DNA of 35,465 nucleotides from Acidobacteriota bacterium (GTDB taxonomy: Bacteria; Acidobacteriota; Terriglobia; Terriglobales; Acidobacteriaceae): positions 1 through 35,465 of the forward strand of contig JAJZFR010000271.1 in assembly GCA_021805265.1 (NCBI GenBank), read 5' to 3'. Both the position numbers and the translations under genes were made by a program. Every line of letters begins with the position of its first letter. Position 1 is the stretch's first letter. Below are positions 9,193-18,362 of this stretch, in pieces. The notes beneath the pieces were generated by a model. That model was not told the DNA's origin, made no database searches, and worked only from the letters and a program-made list of their open reading frames with translations.

Positions 9193-10266
9193 TCAGTTCG
9201 CCTTGCCCTGCCTCTTCCAGAGACCTCGGTTGCCCTGCCACCATTGCCGCAGGTGTGAGTCCTGTTTCTTGGCTGCCCCGGTCGGGTGCAGGTGAATTTC
9301 TCGATCCCTTGCGTATGTGTCAGAGCCAGTGCTGGTCTGGGCGAGTACACGTAACTCGGCCAGAGCCTGCTTGACCTGTGCGCGGAGTTGATCGGCCTCG
9401 AGCACACACGACCGCAGATAAGACGAGATGGACATCTGCGACTCTTCTGCACGGCTTCGCAGCCGTTCGACTTCAGAACTGCTCAGGCGAACCGATATGG
9501 TCGCGCACCGCTGATCGAGGATTCGATAGGAGCGCGTGGTACTTTGCGTTTTCCCTCCGTTCCGACCAGGAGAGGGAGACAAGGATAGTTCATCCTCGAT
9601 GAGCGAATCGTCAAGCGGGGAAAGATGGGAAACAGGCGAAATTTCAGTTTCCTGGCTCGTGATGTTGACCTCGGGATCGAGTGCAGAGTTTTGAGCAACG
9701 GTCAGGACAGAGTTTCGTTGTTGTATTACCGGCAATGCTTTTTGTTGGCCGATTTTTGTCGATTTGCTGGTCTTGGTTTTGCCGGAAGTTAACAGTGTCG
9801 GGGGGGGCTGAACGGGGTTGCATTCCGCGGCAGGGGTGGCTGTGTGGTGGGAGGGCGTGCTCTCCGAGAGTTGAGCGGATTTCGCCGACAGTGTCTCCGG
9901 TGCCTGCTCGGCATGGTAGCGAGAATGCGTTCGCAGAGCCTGCTCGTAGCTCAACAGAACAGTGTCGTCGTTGCGCCTGGGCTTGGTTGGGCGCAGGGGG
10001 GGGGCTACGGATTTAGGCTGCTTTCGACCTCCGGTTGCCAGGGCGACGGTGTCTGTTGCGATACCATCGCGGGTCGCTGAGAGGATGCGGGAATCGAGTT
10101 CCGGAAGGTCACTGGTAGGTCGTTTGCCGCTGTTCGGTCGCAGGGGTGGGTTGTTCTGTTGCGGTGCGGCCTCGGGCTGGAGCGCGAGGCTCTCGAGCAG
10201 TGAAGCAAAGTCAACGAAAGATGCAGTCTGCGAGGACTTCGGCGCGGTGGAGGTGGAGCGGCTCAT
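9193..10266 (-). CDS. Hypothetical protein with a low-complexity N-terminus and a C-terminal ribbon-helix-helix (MobC/NikA-like) domain plus coiled coil
   Basis: ATISVRLSSSEVERLRSRAEESQMSISSYLRSCVL fits the RHH strand-helix-helix pattern. Start set at ATG 10266 because the longer ORF overlaps the EAL gene and a TATTCT -10 box lies 6 nt upstream. Confidence 0.7.
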   Translation of the reverse strand: MSRSTSTAPKSSQTASFVDFASLLESLALQPEAAPQQNNPPLRPNSGKRPTSDLPELDSRILSATRDGIATDTVALATGGRKQPKSVAPPLRPTKPRRNDDTVLLSYEQALRTHSRYHAEQAPETLSAKSAQLSESTPSHHTATPAAECNPVQPPPTLLTSGKTKTSKSTKIGQQKALPVIQQRNSVLTVAQNSALDPEVNITSQETEISPVSHLSPLDDSLIEDELSLSPSPGRNGGKTQSTTRSYRILDQRCATISVRLSSSEVERLRSRAEESQMSISSYLRSCVLEADQLRAQVKQALAELRVLAQTSTGSDTYARDREIHLHPTGAAKKQDSHLRQWWQGNRGLWKRQGKAN

Positions 10267-10390
10267 GCCCGAAGAATACGCGCGCAGCGTGTAAGACATG
10301 AGCCTGCCATGGAGAAACAGGCGGCGGAAAATTCCAAAACAGGAAAGCCATCTCTCATCTTGCAGAGATGGGAATGGATGGTTTTCACGA

Positions 10391-11842
10391 TCAGGCAGGG
10401 ATCGTGATGGAGTGATCGATTCTTGTTTCCGGGGATCGGAGGAGTTCGTCGATTTCTTCGGCGGGCAGGGGAGGTGCGAAGAGATAGCCCTGGCCAAAGC
10501 GGCAGCCCATTTTCTGGAGAAGCGCGCATTGTTCCGGGGTTTCGATGCCTTCGGCGACCACGTCCATGCCGAGTACGCGGGCCAGCTCGATGATGGTTTT
10601 GACGATCTGCAGGGGCTGTGTGCCTTTGCTCATGCGTTTGACGAAGGAGCGGTCGATTTTGAGTACGTCGAAGGGGAAGCGGTGAAGGTGGCTGAGCGAG
10701 CTGTAACCGGTGCCGAAGTCGTCCATGTGGAGTGAGACGCCGAGTTTCTGGAGGCTGGTGAGAACAGAGACGGCGGTGCCGATGGAAGGAATGAGGCTGG
10801 ACTCGGTCATTTCCAGGCCGAGGTGATGACCTCGGAGGTCATTTTGGAGGAGCAGGGATTCGACGTGATCGGCGAGACCCTGACGGGTGAATTGCCGCGC
10901 GGAGAGGTTGACGCAAACGCGAAGGCCATCCAGCCAGGGGCGGTCTTTCTTCCACAGTTGAAGCTGGCGACATGCCTGACCGAGGCCCCAGTCGCCGATG
11001 GGCAGGATGAGTCCGTTTTCTTCAGCCTGTGGAATGAAAACCTGCGGGGAGAGCATGCCGCGCCGGGGATGTCTCCATCGGATGAGGGCTTCGAGGCCGA
11101 CGATGCGTCCGGTGGCGAGTTCGATTTCGGGCTGGTAGTAGAGTACGAACTGCTGTTGGTCGAGCGCGTAACGGAGGTCTTCGGCGAGGGGCCAGGCACT
11201 GTCCATCTCGAGCGGGAGAATGGCTTCCGCAGTCTGGTAGGCACCCTCGGTTTCGGTGGGTCTGGAGGATGGTTCGTCGGTGGAAAGTCGGAGACGCCGG
11301 AGTTCAAGCTGATCGGTAACCAATGCGGAGAGGCTTTCAAGCAGCGCGATCTCGTCGCTGTCGATCTGGGAGGCTGGCTGGCTGCTTCCGACGCAAAGCG
11401 CGCCGACAATGTGGCCATCGGCGGCGCTGACTGGAACACCGACAAACGAGCGGAGATCGAGGATTTTATCGGGACGGTAGAAGCCTCGTGGCCGATCCTC
11501 GGATTGAGTATCAAGGACGACGACCGGCTTTCCCTCGTCGATAATGCGTTCGGCAAAAGAGTCTTTGCGGGGAAATTCACGGAGCTTGCCGCCCCATATC
11601 GATTTGGCCCAGACGCGGGTTTCATCGACAAAGTCGAGGGACGCGGATTCGGCGTGCATCTGGAAGGCGGCCATGCGAGTGATGGTGTCGAAGCAGGATT
11701 CCGGGGAAGTGTCGAGGAGACAGAGGGAGCGGAGAGCCGACAGGCGCGCGCTTTCCGGCTTGCGGCGCGCGCGGGCTGCCAGATCGCGGTTCTCGTACCT
11801 CGGCCTGCCGTTCCCTTTGTGTTCTGACTCTGGCATCGCCAC
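10391..11842 (-). CDS. GAF-EAL cyclic di-GMP phosphodiesterase
   Basis: GAF: [29 protein letters not shown]...SFVGVPV...GALCV. EAL: [51 protein letters not shown]; motifs look intact. No GGDEF domain. Confidence 0.93.
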   Translation of the reverse strand: MAMPESEHKGNGRPRYENRDLAARARRKPESARLSALRSLCLLDTSPESCFDTITRMAAFQMHAESASLDFVDETRVWAKSIWGGKLREFPRKDSFAERIIDEGKPVVVLDTQSEDRPRGFYRPDKILDLRSFVGVPVSAADGHIVGALCVGSSQPASQIDSDEIALLESLSALVTDQLELRRLRLSTDEPSSRPTETEGAYQTAEAILPLEMDSAWPLAEDLRYALDQQQFVLYYQPEIELATGRIVGLEALIRWRHPRRGMLSPQVFIPQAEENGLILPIGDWGLGQACRQLQLWKKDRPWLDGLRVCVNLSARQFTRQGLADHVESLLLQNDLRGHHLGLEMTESSLIPSIGTAVSVLTSLQKLGVSLHMDDFGTGYSSLSHLHRFPFDVLKIDRSFVKRMSKGTQPLQIVKTIIELARVLGMDVVAEGIETPEQCALLQKMGCRFGQGYLFAPPLPAEEIDELLRSPETRIDHSITIPA

Positions 11843-12307
11843 CCCGATAGATTGACAGGCATCGACAGGGAACGTCAGGATTGCTGGCCTGATTTGTTCC
11901 TGTCGGGCTGTGCATGCCCTGCCCTTTGTTCCTCTCGTTCCAGTAGTTCATCGGACGGAGTGGTGGAAACTTCAAGCCGAGGCTCTGTTTCCGGCGCAAG
12001 TTGCGATTTATCCGAGAAGCGTGGTGGGTTTGCACCAAGTGTGGAGCAGCCAGGATGTTGCAAGGCTGGCTCTGGACTGTGTCGAGGGACGAGCGTTCCT
12101 ACGTGTGCGTCTGACGAATATACAGCGCGACGGCCACTATGTTTACCATATAGTACATATACATGTTACCTAAAACAGGGGGGTGGTATGTTGTTTTCCT
12201 CCTTGCAGACGCCGATCCTCGTTGGAGGGGTGGCGCGCAAGTGGTTGAAAATACGTTGGGGTCATGGTGGTCAGGCTGGGCCGGGGTGGATGGGCGCGTT
12301 TTTGGGG

Positions 12308-12815
12308 CTACGGGGTGAAGTGGGCGCGTCGCAGGCGTGGGTATTTCTCCGCTGGGAGTATTGTGGCAGAAAACTGCCTAATTCCACGCAAGCGGGGAGA
12401 GTTATCTGCGGCATCCGGTCGAATCGTGAGTGCGTTGGAGATAAGGACGCCGCCGCAGGAGGCGAGGTCGCCGGAGACTTCAATGCCGGAGCACTGCATC
12501 GCGAATTTTGCCATCGTTGCCCCCTTTGAGCGAGGCTGTGACGCGATCCATGAAGGCGGCGATGGCGGGCTTGCCGAGGAGTGGACTGGCGTCCGGGAGC
12601 AGGCTGACGCCATCGTCTGCCCAGAGGGCAAGCGTGGCGGCGTTGTCCATGTGGCGGGTGGCGTCGTCCAGCTTCCGGTTGAAGCGGAGGATGGAATCGG
12701 GTGGGGTTGTGTGCCGGGATCTGCTGCTTTCGGCTCTCGAGGTGTTGAGAACAAGACAGGCGAGGATCGAGATCGTCGCTGCTGCCCTGGAAAAACTCTT
12801 CGAGTGGAGACGCAT
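12308..12815 (-). pseudogene. Frameshifted secreted NTF2/SnoaL-like (DUF4440/YybH-like) gene
   Basis: Signal peptide then ATLALWADDGVSLLP...LLGKPAIAAFM. The frame ends early at 12480, but removing one G from the G5 run (12520-12524) continues as ATMAKFAMQCSGIEVSGDLAS, typical of the fold. 3' extent uncertain. Confidence 0.6.
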
Positions 12816-12959
12816 GTTGCCTTGCTTGCAGGGAAGTATAACGGAATAGAAATTATGAGGGGATTGCAGAAGTTCTCGCAGATGTCGATTTGGGTACAGG
12901 CGGATGGATGGGAGGTTGTGCTGCTCTGCGCTACCGTAGAGTCACAATGAAATGAGGTT

Positions 12960-15794
12960 TCACCTGACGGAGCCGCGCATGGCGCGGCGTCTGCTGCGGC
13001 GCGGTGGCGCACTGGAATCGGGCACGACAGGGATGAGCTGTGGCATGATGAGGCGTTCGTACAGCCCGAAGAGATGTTCCACGCGTTCGCGGTCGCTTTG
13101 AAACGCGGCACCGCGATAGAGTCTGTCCACGGCGTGGTCCAGCTCGCGATGAGCCTTGGCAAGCTCCGGGGCCATGGCGTCTACATCGTAGAGATCGGCG
13201 AGCGAAGAGGCGGGAAAGCGGGCGCGGACGTTGAGGATAGTCTGCGCCAGCGACTCGATACGTGCATTATCGCGTTCGTTCGCCTGTGGCCAGGGGAAGT
13301 TGTTGTAGACGATCCCGACAGAATAACGATAGTCGCTCTTGAGTCTGCCGCCGATGTGGCGGAGCCAGGCCATGTGCATGCGCGAGGTAAGGATGGCGAA
13401 GTGCCAGAGCGTGGCGTCGAGCAGGACTCGAACGAGATTGCTCGGCACCACAGGCGGCTGGAGCCACGCTATCGGCACATAATCGCGATTCTCGGAGGTT
13501 GTCTCCGGAATGACGAGAAACGGTCTGTCCGGGATGACGGTGACATGGAATCGGGTTGGAGTGAGTGCAAGTTGTCTTGTTCCGGCGCTTTTGCTTTTTT
13601 GGCGGAATGCGCGCACAGCAGCGATGCGTTCGCGGAGTCTGCGCGAGTCGCGCACAGTTGTTGGGTTGGCATGCTCGAGCACTAAAATCCAACGCTGTAC
13701 CCCGTACAAGAACTCTGTAGCGCCGACAAATGGGCGCAGAAACTGCGCAGCTTCCGGCTCCTCGCGGATGAGTTCGGCCCGCTGATCCGCGTCGAAGATG
13801 TAGTTGCCGTCGTCAATCGGTTTTGAGCCGATCACGAGTTGCGGGATGTTGCACAGTGGCCTGTTTTGTTCCTCGATGACCAGGTGTCTGTCGGTTAGGT
13901 TTGAGGCGTCGAAGAGGTACGGGGTGAGCGAGGCATGAGCACTTTCCACCGGGTCGGCGTCGAGCCTGTCGTAGCTGAAGAGGCGCTTGGTGGCTGGCTC
14001 GAGAGCGCGGCGCACGAGGCCGAGGATGACGACATGGACGTGGGCCATGCCCCGGGCATCGCTGCCCCACGCGAAGGTTCGGTGAGCAAAGGCGATCTCG
14101 AGTCCGTAGCGCTCAAACAACAGCGGCCAAAGCTGGGCAACCTGCTCGCCCTGGGTGATGGAGTTGGTGGCGACAAAGGCGATGCTGGTGTTGGAGGCGC
14201 TAGCGTATCGGGCGGCGGTGAGAAACCATGCGGTAACGTAGTCCAGTGTGCCGCCGCTGCCGCCGAGGTTGGCGATGCGGCGCACCTGAGCGCGCTGAGT
14301 GTCGGACTGATATTTGGCACCGATAAACGGTGGGTTGCCGAAGAGATAAGAGCACTGGGAAGCGGACAGGACGGTCTCCCAATCCATCTCCAGCGCATCG
14401 CAGTTATGGATGTGCGGGGCAGCCCGGAGTGGGATGCGCAGATAGCTGTTGCCGAACTCGAGCGAGAGCCGATTGTTCATGATGTGGTCCATCATCCACA
14501 TGGCGGTTTCAGCGATTCTGGCGGCGAATTCTCCAATCTCGATGCCGTAGAACTGATCGACGTTGATTCTGGAGAGGGTGGCAACATCGATTTTCTTAAA
14601 GCCAAGCTGGAGGTCTTCCCGGAATATCTCGCGGAGGAGATCGATTTCAAGCAGGCGGAGTTCCCGGTAAGCAATGATGAGAAAGTTTCCACAGCCGCAG
14701 GCAGGGTCAAAGAAGCGCAGGCTGGCGAGCTTGTCATGGAAGGCGATGAACGCATTTTTGCGTCCGCTGTCGCGCCGCTGACAAAGTTGCTCGAACTCTG
14801 CTTTCAACTCGTCGAGAAACAGCGGCTGGATGACCTTGAGGATGTTTTTCTCGGTGGTGTAGTGCGCTCCAGCCTTTCGTCTTTCGTCCTTTTGCATGAC
14901 GGACTGGAAAAGCGAGCCGAAGATGGCCGGTGAGATGGCGTCCCATTTGAAGCCGGAGACTTCGAGCAGGAGCTCGCGCATGATGCCGTTGAAGGCAGGA
15001 ACGCGCAGACGCTCAGTGAAGAGCTGGCCGTTGACATAGGGAAACTGCTGGAGATCGGTATCGAGGGTCGTCTGTCGCTTTTCGTCCGGGGTGTTGAGGA
15101 CTTCAAAAAGCTGCATGAGCCACGGGCCTACATCGCTTCCATCCTGTTGCGTTCGCTGCTGAATCAGGTCGTGAAAGATTCCGCGTGGCTCGAAGATGCC
15201 AGTATCGTCCGCGAAGAGGCAGAAGACGATGCGGACCAGGAGGCGCTCGAGATCGTGCCCATCATAGCCTGATGCCTTGAGCGCATCATGAAGGCTGCCC
15301 ATCTTCTCAGAGGCATGGATGTTGACAGGATCCTGATCGCGGAAGGTTCGCTTCTGAACGCCAAGGATGAAGGCAAATGCTTCAATGCGCTTTGGAAGTT
15401 CGTGTAGCCGGAAGCTAACTGGCGGCGCGTCTTCCTCCAGGTCGTACAACTCGAAGTTTTGAAAATCGCTCAGGAGAATATAGCGGGGCAGTTCCTGATC
15501 TTTGAGTCCGGGAAAGTATTCCAGTGCCTGTTCGCGAGCCTTTACGAGACTGCGCCCGGCGCTTTTCTGTTCGACGAGAAGGACGCCTTTCCAGAAGAGG
15601 TCGATGAAGCCACGCTGGTTTCCCAGCTTGCGTACCGGCTCCTCGAAGCTGGCGACGCGGCGACGTGTGACGCCAAAGACGTCAAAGAATTCGTTGTAAA
15701 AGGTCTGTGTTTCGCCACGTTCATAGTGGGCGTCTCGCCAGCTCATCGCGAAGGCTGAGGCTCGGGTGCGTATTTCGTTCCAACTGAGATGCAT
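12960..15794 (-). CDS. MmeI-family (Type IIL/IIG) restriction endonuclease-N6-adenine methyltransferase fusion
   Basis: N-terminal PD-(D/E)xK nuclease GFIDLFWKGVLLVEQKS; GAHYT; motif I FFDPACGCGNFL; motif IV GNPPF; ATNSITQGEQ; HRTFAW; GGRLKSDYRYS...YNNFPWP; SLADLYD...AHRELDHAVD. ATG 15794 chosen; TTG 15812 is possible. Confidence 0.92.
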   Translation of the reverse strand: MHLSWNEIRTRASAFAMSWRDAHYERGETQTFYNEFFDVFGVTRRRVASFEEPVRKLGNQRGFIDLFWKGVLLVEQKSAGRSLVKAREQALEYFPGLKDQELPRYILLSDFQNFELYDLEEDAPPVSFRLHELPKRIEAFAFILGVQKRTFRDQDPVNIHASEKMGSLHDALKASGYDGHDLERLLVRIVFCLFADDTGIFEPRGIFHDLIQQRTQQDGSDVGPWLMQLFEVLNTPDEKRQTTLDTDLQQFPYVNGQLFTERLRVPAFNGIMRELLLEVSGFKWDAISPAIFGSLFQSVMQKDERRKAGAHYTTEKNILKVIQPLFLDELKAEFEQLCQRRDSGRKNAFIAFHDKLASLRFFDPACGCGNFLIIAYRELRLLEIDLLREIFREDLQLGFKKIDVATLSRINVDQFYGIEIGEFAARIAETAMWMMDHIMNNRLSLEFGNSYLRIPLRAAPHIHNCDALEMDWETVLSASQCSYLFGNPPFIGAKYQSDTQRAQVRRIANLGGSGGTLDYVTAWFLTAARYASASNTSIAFVATNSITQGEQVAQLWPLLFERYGLEIAFAHRTFAWGSDARGMAHVHVVILGLVRRALEPATKRLFSYDRLDADPVESAHASLTPYLFDASNLTDRHLVIEEQNRPLCNIPQLVIGSKPIDDGNYIFDADQRAELIREEPEAAQFLRPFVGATEFLYGVQRWILVLEHANPTTVRDSRRLRERIAAVRAFRQKSKSAGTRQLALTPTRFHVTVIPDRPFLVIPETTSENRDYVPIAWLQPPVVPSNLVRVLLDATLWHFAILTSRMHMAWLRHIGGRLKSDYRYSVGIVYNNFPWPQANERDNARIESLAQTILNVRARFPASSLADLYDVDAMAPELAKAHRELDHAVDRLYRGAAFQSDRERVEHLFGLYERLIMPQLIPVVPDSSAPPRRSRRRAMRGSVR

Positions 15795-16006
15795 TGACCG
15801 AAGCGCCTCCAACTATGGATCGGAAATTTCAGTGTATCTGCGGAAAGGGAAAGCAGATGTCAAATATTCCCCGACCGACTCATCCAAGGCACGGGAATAT
15901 CCAGTGAAGGATATTACGGGCAAAGCAAGATTGCCGGCTTGAGCTGGCGAAAATGAGGTGTGCGCGGGGTCACGGGTGTGGGGGCAATGGCCGTTAAGAT
16001 AGAGGC

Positions 16007-17110
16007 ATGAGTTCTTTGATTGGGGATGGGGAGTTGCCGCTGGAGATGACGGGCGGGAGCCGTTTTGTGCGGGCTTGTCTGCGACGTCCTGTGGACAGGC
16101 CGCCGGTGTGGTTTCTGCGCCAGGCGGGGCGGTATATGGCGGAGTATCGCGAGGTGCGGCGGCACCATACGCTGGTGGAGATATGCAAGAGGCCGGAGCT
16201 GGCCGCCGAGGTGACGATTACTGCGGCGGAGAAGCTGGAGGTGGACGCGGCGATCATCTTTGCCGATCTGCTGCTGCCGCTGGAGCCGATGGGGCTGGAC
16301 TTCGAGTTTGTGGCGGGCGACGGGCCGGTGGTGCACCATCCGCTGCGCACGGTGGAAGACATTGACCGGCTGCGGACGGATCGTGCTGGCGCGCTGGAAT
16401 ACGTGGCCGAGGCGATTGCCAAAGTGGCCGGGCACTTTGGCGACCGGATGGGGATGATCGGCTTCTGTGGCGCGCCGTATACGCTGGCCAGCTACATGAT
16501 CGAGGGCGGCGGCTCGCGGAATTATATTTTTACCAAACAGATGATGTACGGGGAGACGTCGGCGTGGCAGCGGCTGCTGGACAAGCTGGTGGTGGTGTTG
16601 ACGGCCTACTGCAAGCAGCAGGTGGACGCGGGCGCGGATGTGATTCAGATCTTCGATAGCTGGGCGGGATCGCTGGGCGTGGCGGATTACTGCGAGTATG
16701 TGTTGCCGGTGACAAAGCGGCTGGTGCGCGCGGTGCAGGAGATGGGCGTGCCGGTGATCTACTTTGGCGTGGATACGGCGAGCCTGTTGCCGTGGATGCG
16801 GCAGACGGGCGCGGACGTGATCGGGCTGGACTGGCGTGTGGAGCTGGACGCGGCGTGGCGTGGCATGGACTATGGGTGCGCGGTGCAGGGGAATCTGGAC
16901 CCGATCACGCTGTTTGCGCCGGAGCCGGTGCTGGAGCGGCGCGTGAAGGAGATTCTGGCCGAGGCGGACGGACGCGCGGGCCACATCTTCAACCTGGGGC
17001 ATGGCATTGTGCCGGGAACGCCGGTGGAAAATGTGCAGGCGGTGGTGCGGATGGTGAAGGCGATGGGGCCTAAGTTTGCCGCGCGCAAAGCGGAGGCAAA
17101 GCATGAGTAA
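16007..17110 (+). CDS. hemE: Uroporphyrinogen decarboxylase
   Basis: PVWFLRQAGRYMAEYR, DAAIIFADLL, GFCGAPYTLASY, QIFDSW, QGNLDP, HIFNLGHG. Confidence 0.98.
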   Translation: MSSLIGDGELPLEMTGGSRFVRACLRRPVDRPPVWFLRQAGRYMAEYREVRRHHTLVEICKRPELAAEVTITAAEKLEVDAAIIFADLLLPLEPMGLDFEFVAGDGPVVHHPLRTVEDIDRLRTDRAGALEYVAEAIAKVAGHFGDRMGMIGFCGAPYTLASYMIEGGGSRNYIFTKQMMYGETSAWQRLLDKLVVVLTAYCKQQVDAGADVIQIFDSWAGSLGVADYCEYVLPVTKRLVRAVQEMGVPVIYFGVDTASLLPWMRQTGADVIGLDWRVELDAAWRGMDYGCAVQGNLDPITLFAPEPVLERRVKEILAEADGRAGHIFNLGHGIVPGTPVENVQAVVRMVKAMGPKFAARKAEAKHE

Positions 17111-18083
17111 ACGCGCAGTGCTGCTGCTGGCGCACGGGACGCCGAATACGGTCGATGAGATTCCCGAGTATCTGCGCAACGTGGTGAGCGGACGAGCGAT
17201 GCCGCAGCATGTGATCGAGGAGATACAGCATCGGTATTCGCTGATCGGCGAGCCGAAGGGGCACAGCCCGCTGACCGACCTGACGCTGGAGCAGGGTGCG
17301 CTGCTGGCCAGTGCGCTGGGCGAGCCGGTGTATGTGGGGATGCGCAACTGGCGGCCGTACATTGCCGACGTGGTGAAAGAGATGCGCGCGGACGGGGTGA
17401 CGGAGGTTGCGGCGATCTGCCTGGCTCCTCAGAATTCGCGGACCTCGGTGGGGCTGTATCGGCGAGCCGCGCTGGCTGAGGCTGCGGGGATGCGTGTGGA
17501 CTTTACCGAAGGCTGGGCCGAGGAGCCGCTGCTGGCCGATGCCTTTGCCGAGCGGCTGCGACCGGCGATTGCGCGGGCGAATGCCGAGACGGGCGAGCGC
17601 GTCCAGGTTCTGTTCACGGCGCATAGTGTGCCGTGCCGGACGGTACAGGCTCCGGCGGTGTCAGAGGGGCAGCCGATCCTGTGGCCGACGCTGAAGCAGG
17701 ATGCGGAGGGCGCGCCGAATGTGGACCCGTATGCGGTGGAAGCGAAGCGAACGGCAGCGCTGGTGGCGGAGCGAGTGCCCGAGGCGGCGGGGTGGTGCTT
17801 CGCCTTTCAAAGCCAGGGAGCCAGCGGCGGCCCGTGGATTGGCCCTTCGGTCGAGGCCACGCTGGACGCCCTGGCAGCGGGCGGCGCGAAGGCTGTGGTG
17901 GTGCAGCCGGTAGGATTTCTCTGCGACCACGTGGAGATTCTCTACGACATCGACATTGCGTTTCGCGAGTATGCGGCGAACCTTGGCATGCGGCTCACGC
18001 GAGCCGAGTCGTTGAATGGGTCGCCGATCCTGACCGAAGCGCTGGGGAAGCTGGCGCGGGCGGGCTTTGCGCGGCTGGCTTGA
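17103..18083 (+). CDS. hemH: Ferrochelatase
   Basis: VLLLAHGTP, SPL, YVGMRNWRPY, LFTAHSVP, FQSQG...WIGP, GFLCDHVEILYDID, SLN. ATG 17103 overlaps the end of hemE. Confidence 0.96.
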   Translation: MSKRAVLLLAHGTPNTVDEIPEYLRNVVSGRAMPQHVIEEIQHRYSLIGEPKGHSPLTDLTLEQGALLASALGEPVYVGMRNWRPYIADVVKEMRADGVTEVAAICLAPQNSRTSVGLYRRAALAEAAGMRVDFTEGWAEEPLLADAFAERLRPAIARANAETGERVQVLFTAHSVPCRTVQAPAVSEGQPILWPTLKQDAEGAPNVDPYAVEAKRTAALVAERVPEAAGWCFAFQSQGASGGPWIGPSVEATLDALAAGGAKAVVVQPVGFLCDHVEILYDIDIAFREYAANLGMRLTRAESLNGSPILTEALGKLARAGFARLA

Positions 18084-18113
18084 GCGGGAAGAGGATTTGC
18101 AACGAAGAAATGA

Positions 18114-18190
18114 TGGTCGGGACGGGCAGATTTGAACTGCCGACCCCTCGCACCCCAAGCGAGTGCTCTACCAGGCTGAGCCACGTCCCG
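18114..18190 (-). tRNA. tRNA-Pro(GGG)
   Basis: Reverse complement CGGGACGTGGCTCAGCCTGGTAGAGCACTCGCTTGGGGTGCGAGGGGTCGGCAGTTCAAATCTGCCCGTCCCGACCA folds as a cloverleaf; anticodon GGG; CCA encoded. Confidence 0.97.
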
Positions 18191-18362
18191 ACACGGTTGC
18201 GCTGGCCGGGTGGGCCAGCGTTGGGGTTGACTTGAGTTTACACGAAACGGCGGTTGGGGTGTCGCGGACCGAGACTCGCGGGGGCTGTCCCGATGGCGGT
18301 CGCGGTGGCTGTCGGAGGCGGGCCAGCCGGGAGTGCGCGGGCTGGCCTGCAGAGATTTTTCG

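Noticed and set aside
10298-11862. Long alternative ORFs over the EAL gene (10823..11827 +, 10807..11862 -), and similar ones over the RM gene, hemE, ispE, prs, GT4, S53, asnS and RND genes
   Set aside because: Stop-poor shadow frames expected in GC-rich DNA; no motifs of their own.
12141-12170. Chromosomal dif site
   Set aside because: Only one XerD-like arm; no correctly spaced XerC arm.
11852-12529. 225-aa plus-strand ORF and small ORFs in the EAL upstream region
   Set aside because: Atypical composition, no motifs, and overlap with the minus-strand pseudogene.
15779-15813. Two TCCAAC (MmeI-type) sites at the RM gene start as autoregulation
   Set aside because: The specificity of this enzyme is unknown and 6-mers occur by chance.
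946-18121. TGGTCGGG matches to the tRNA-Pro 3' end as possible att sites of an island
   Set aside because: Only 8 nt, no integrase, and core hemE/hemH would lie inside the supposed island.
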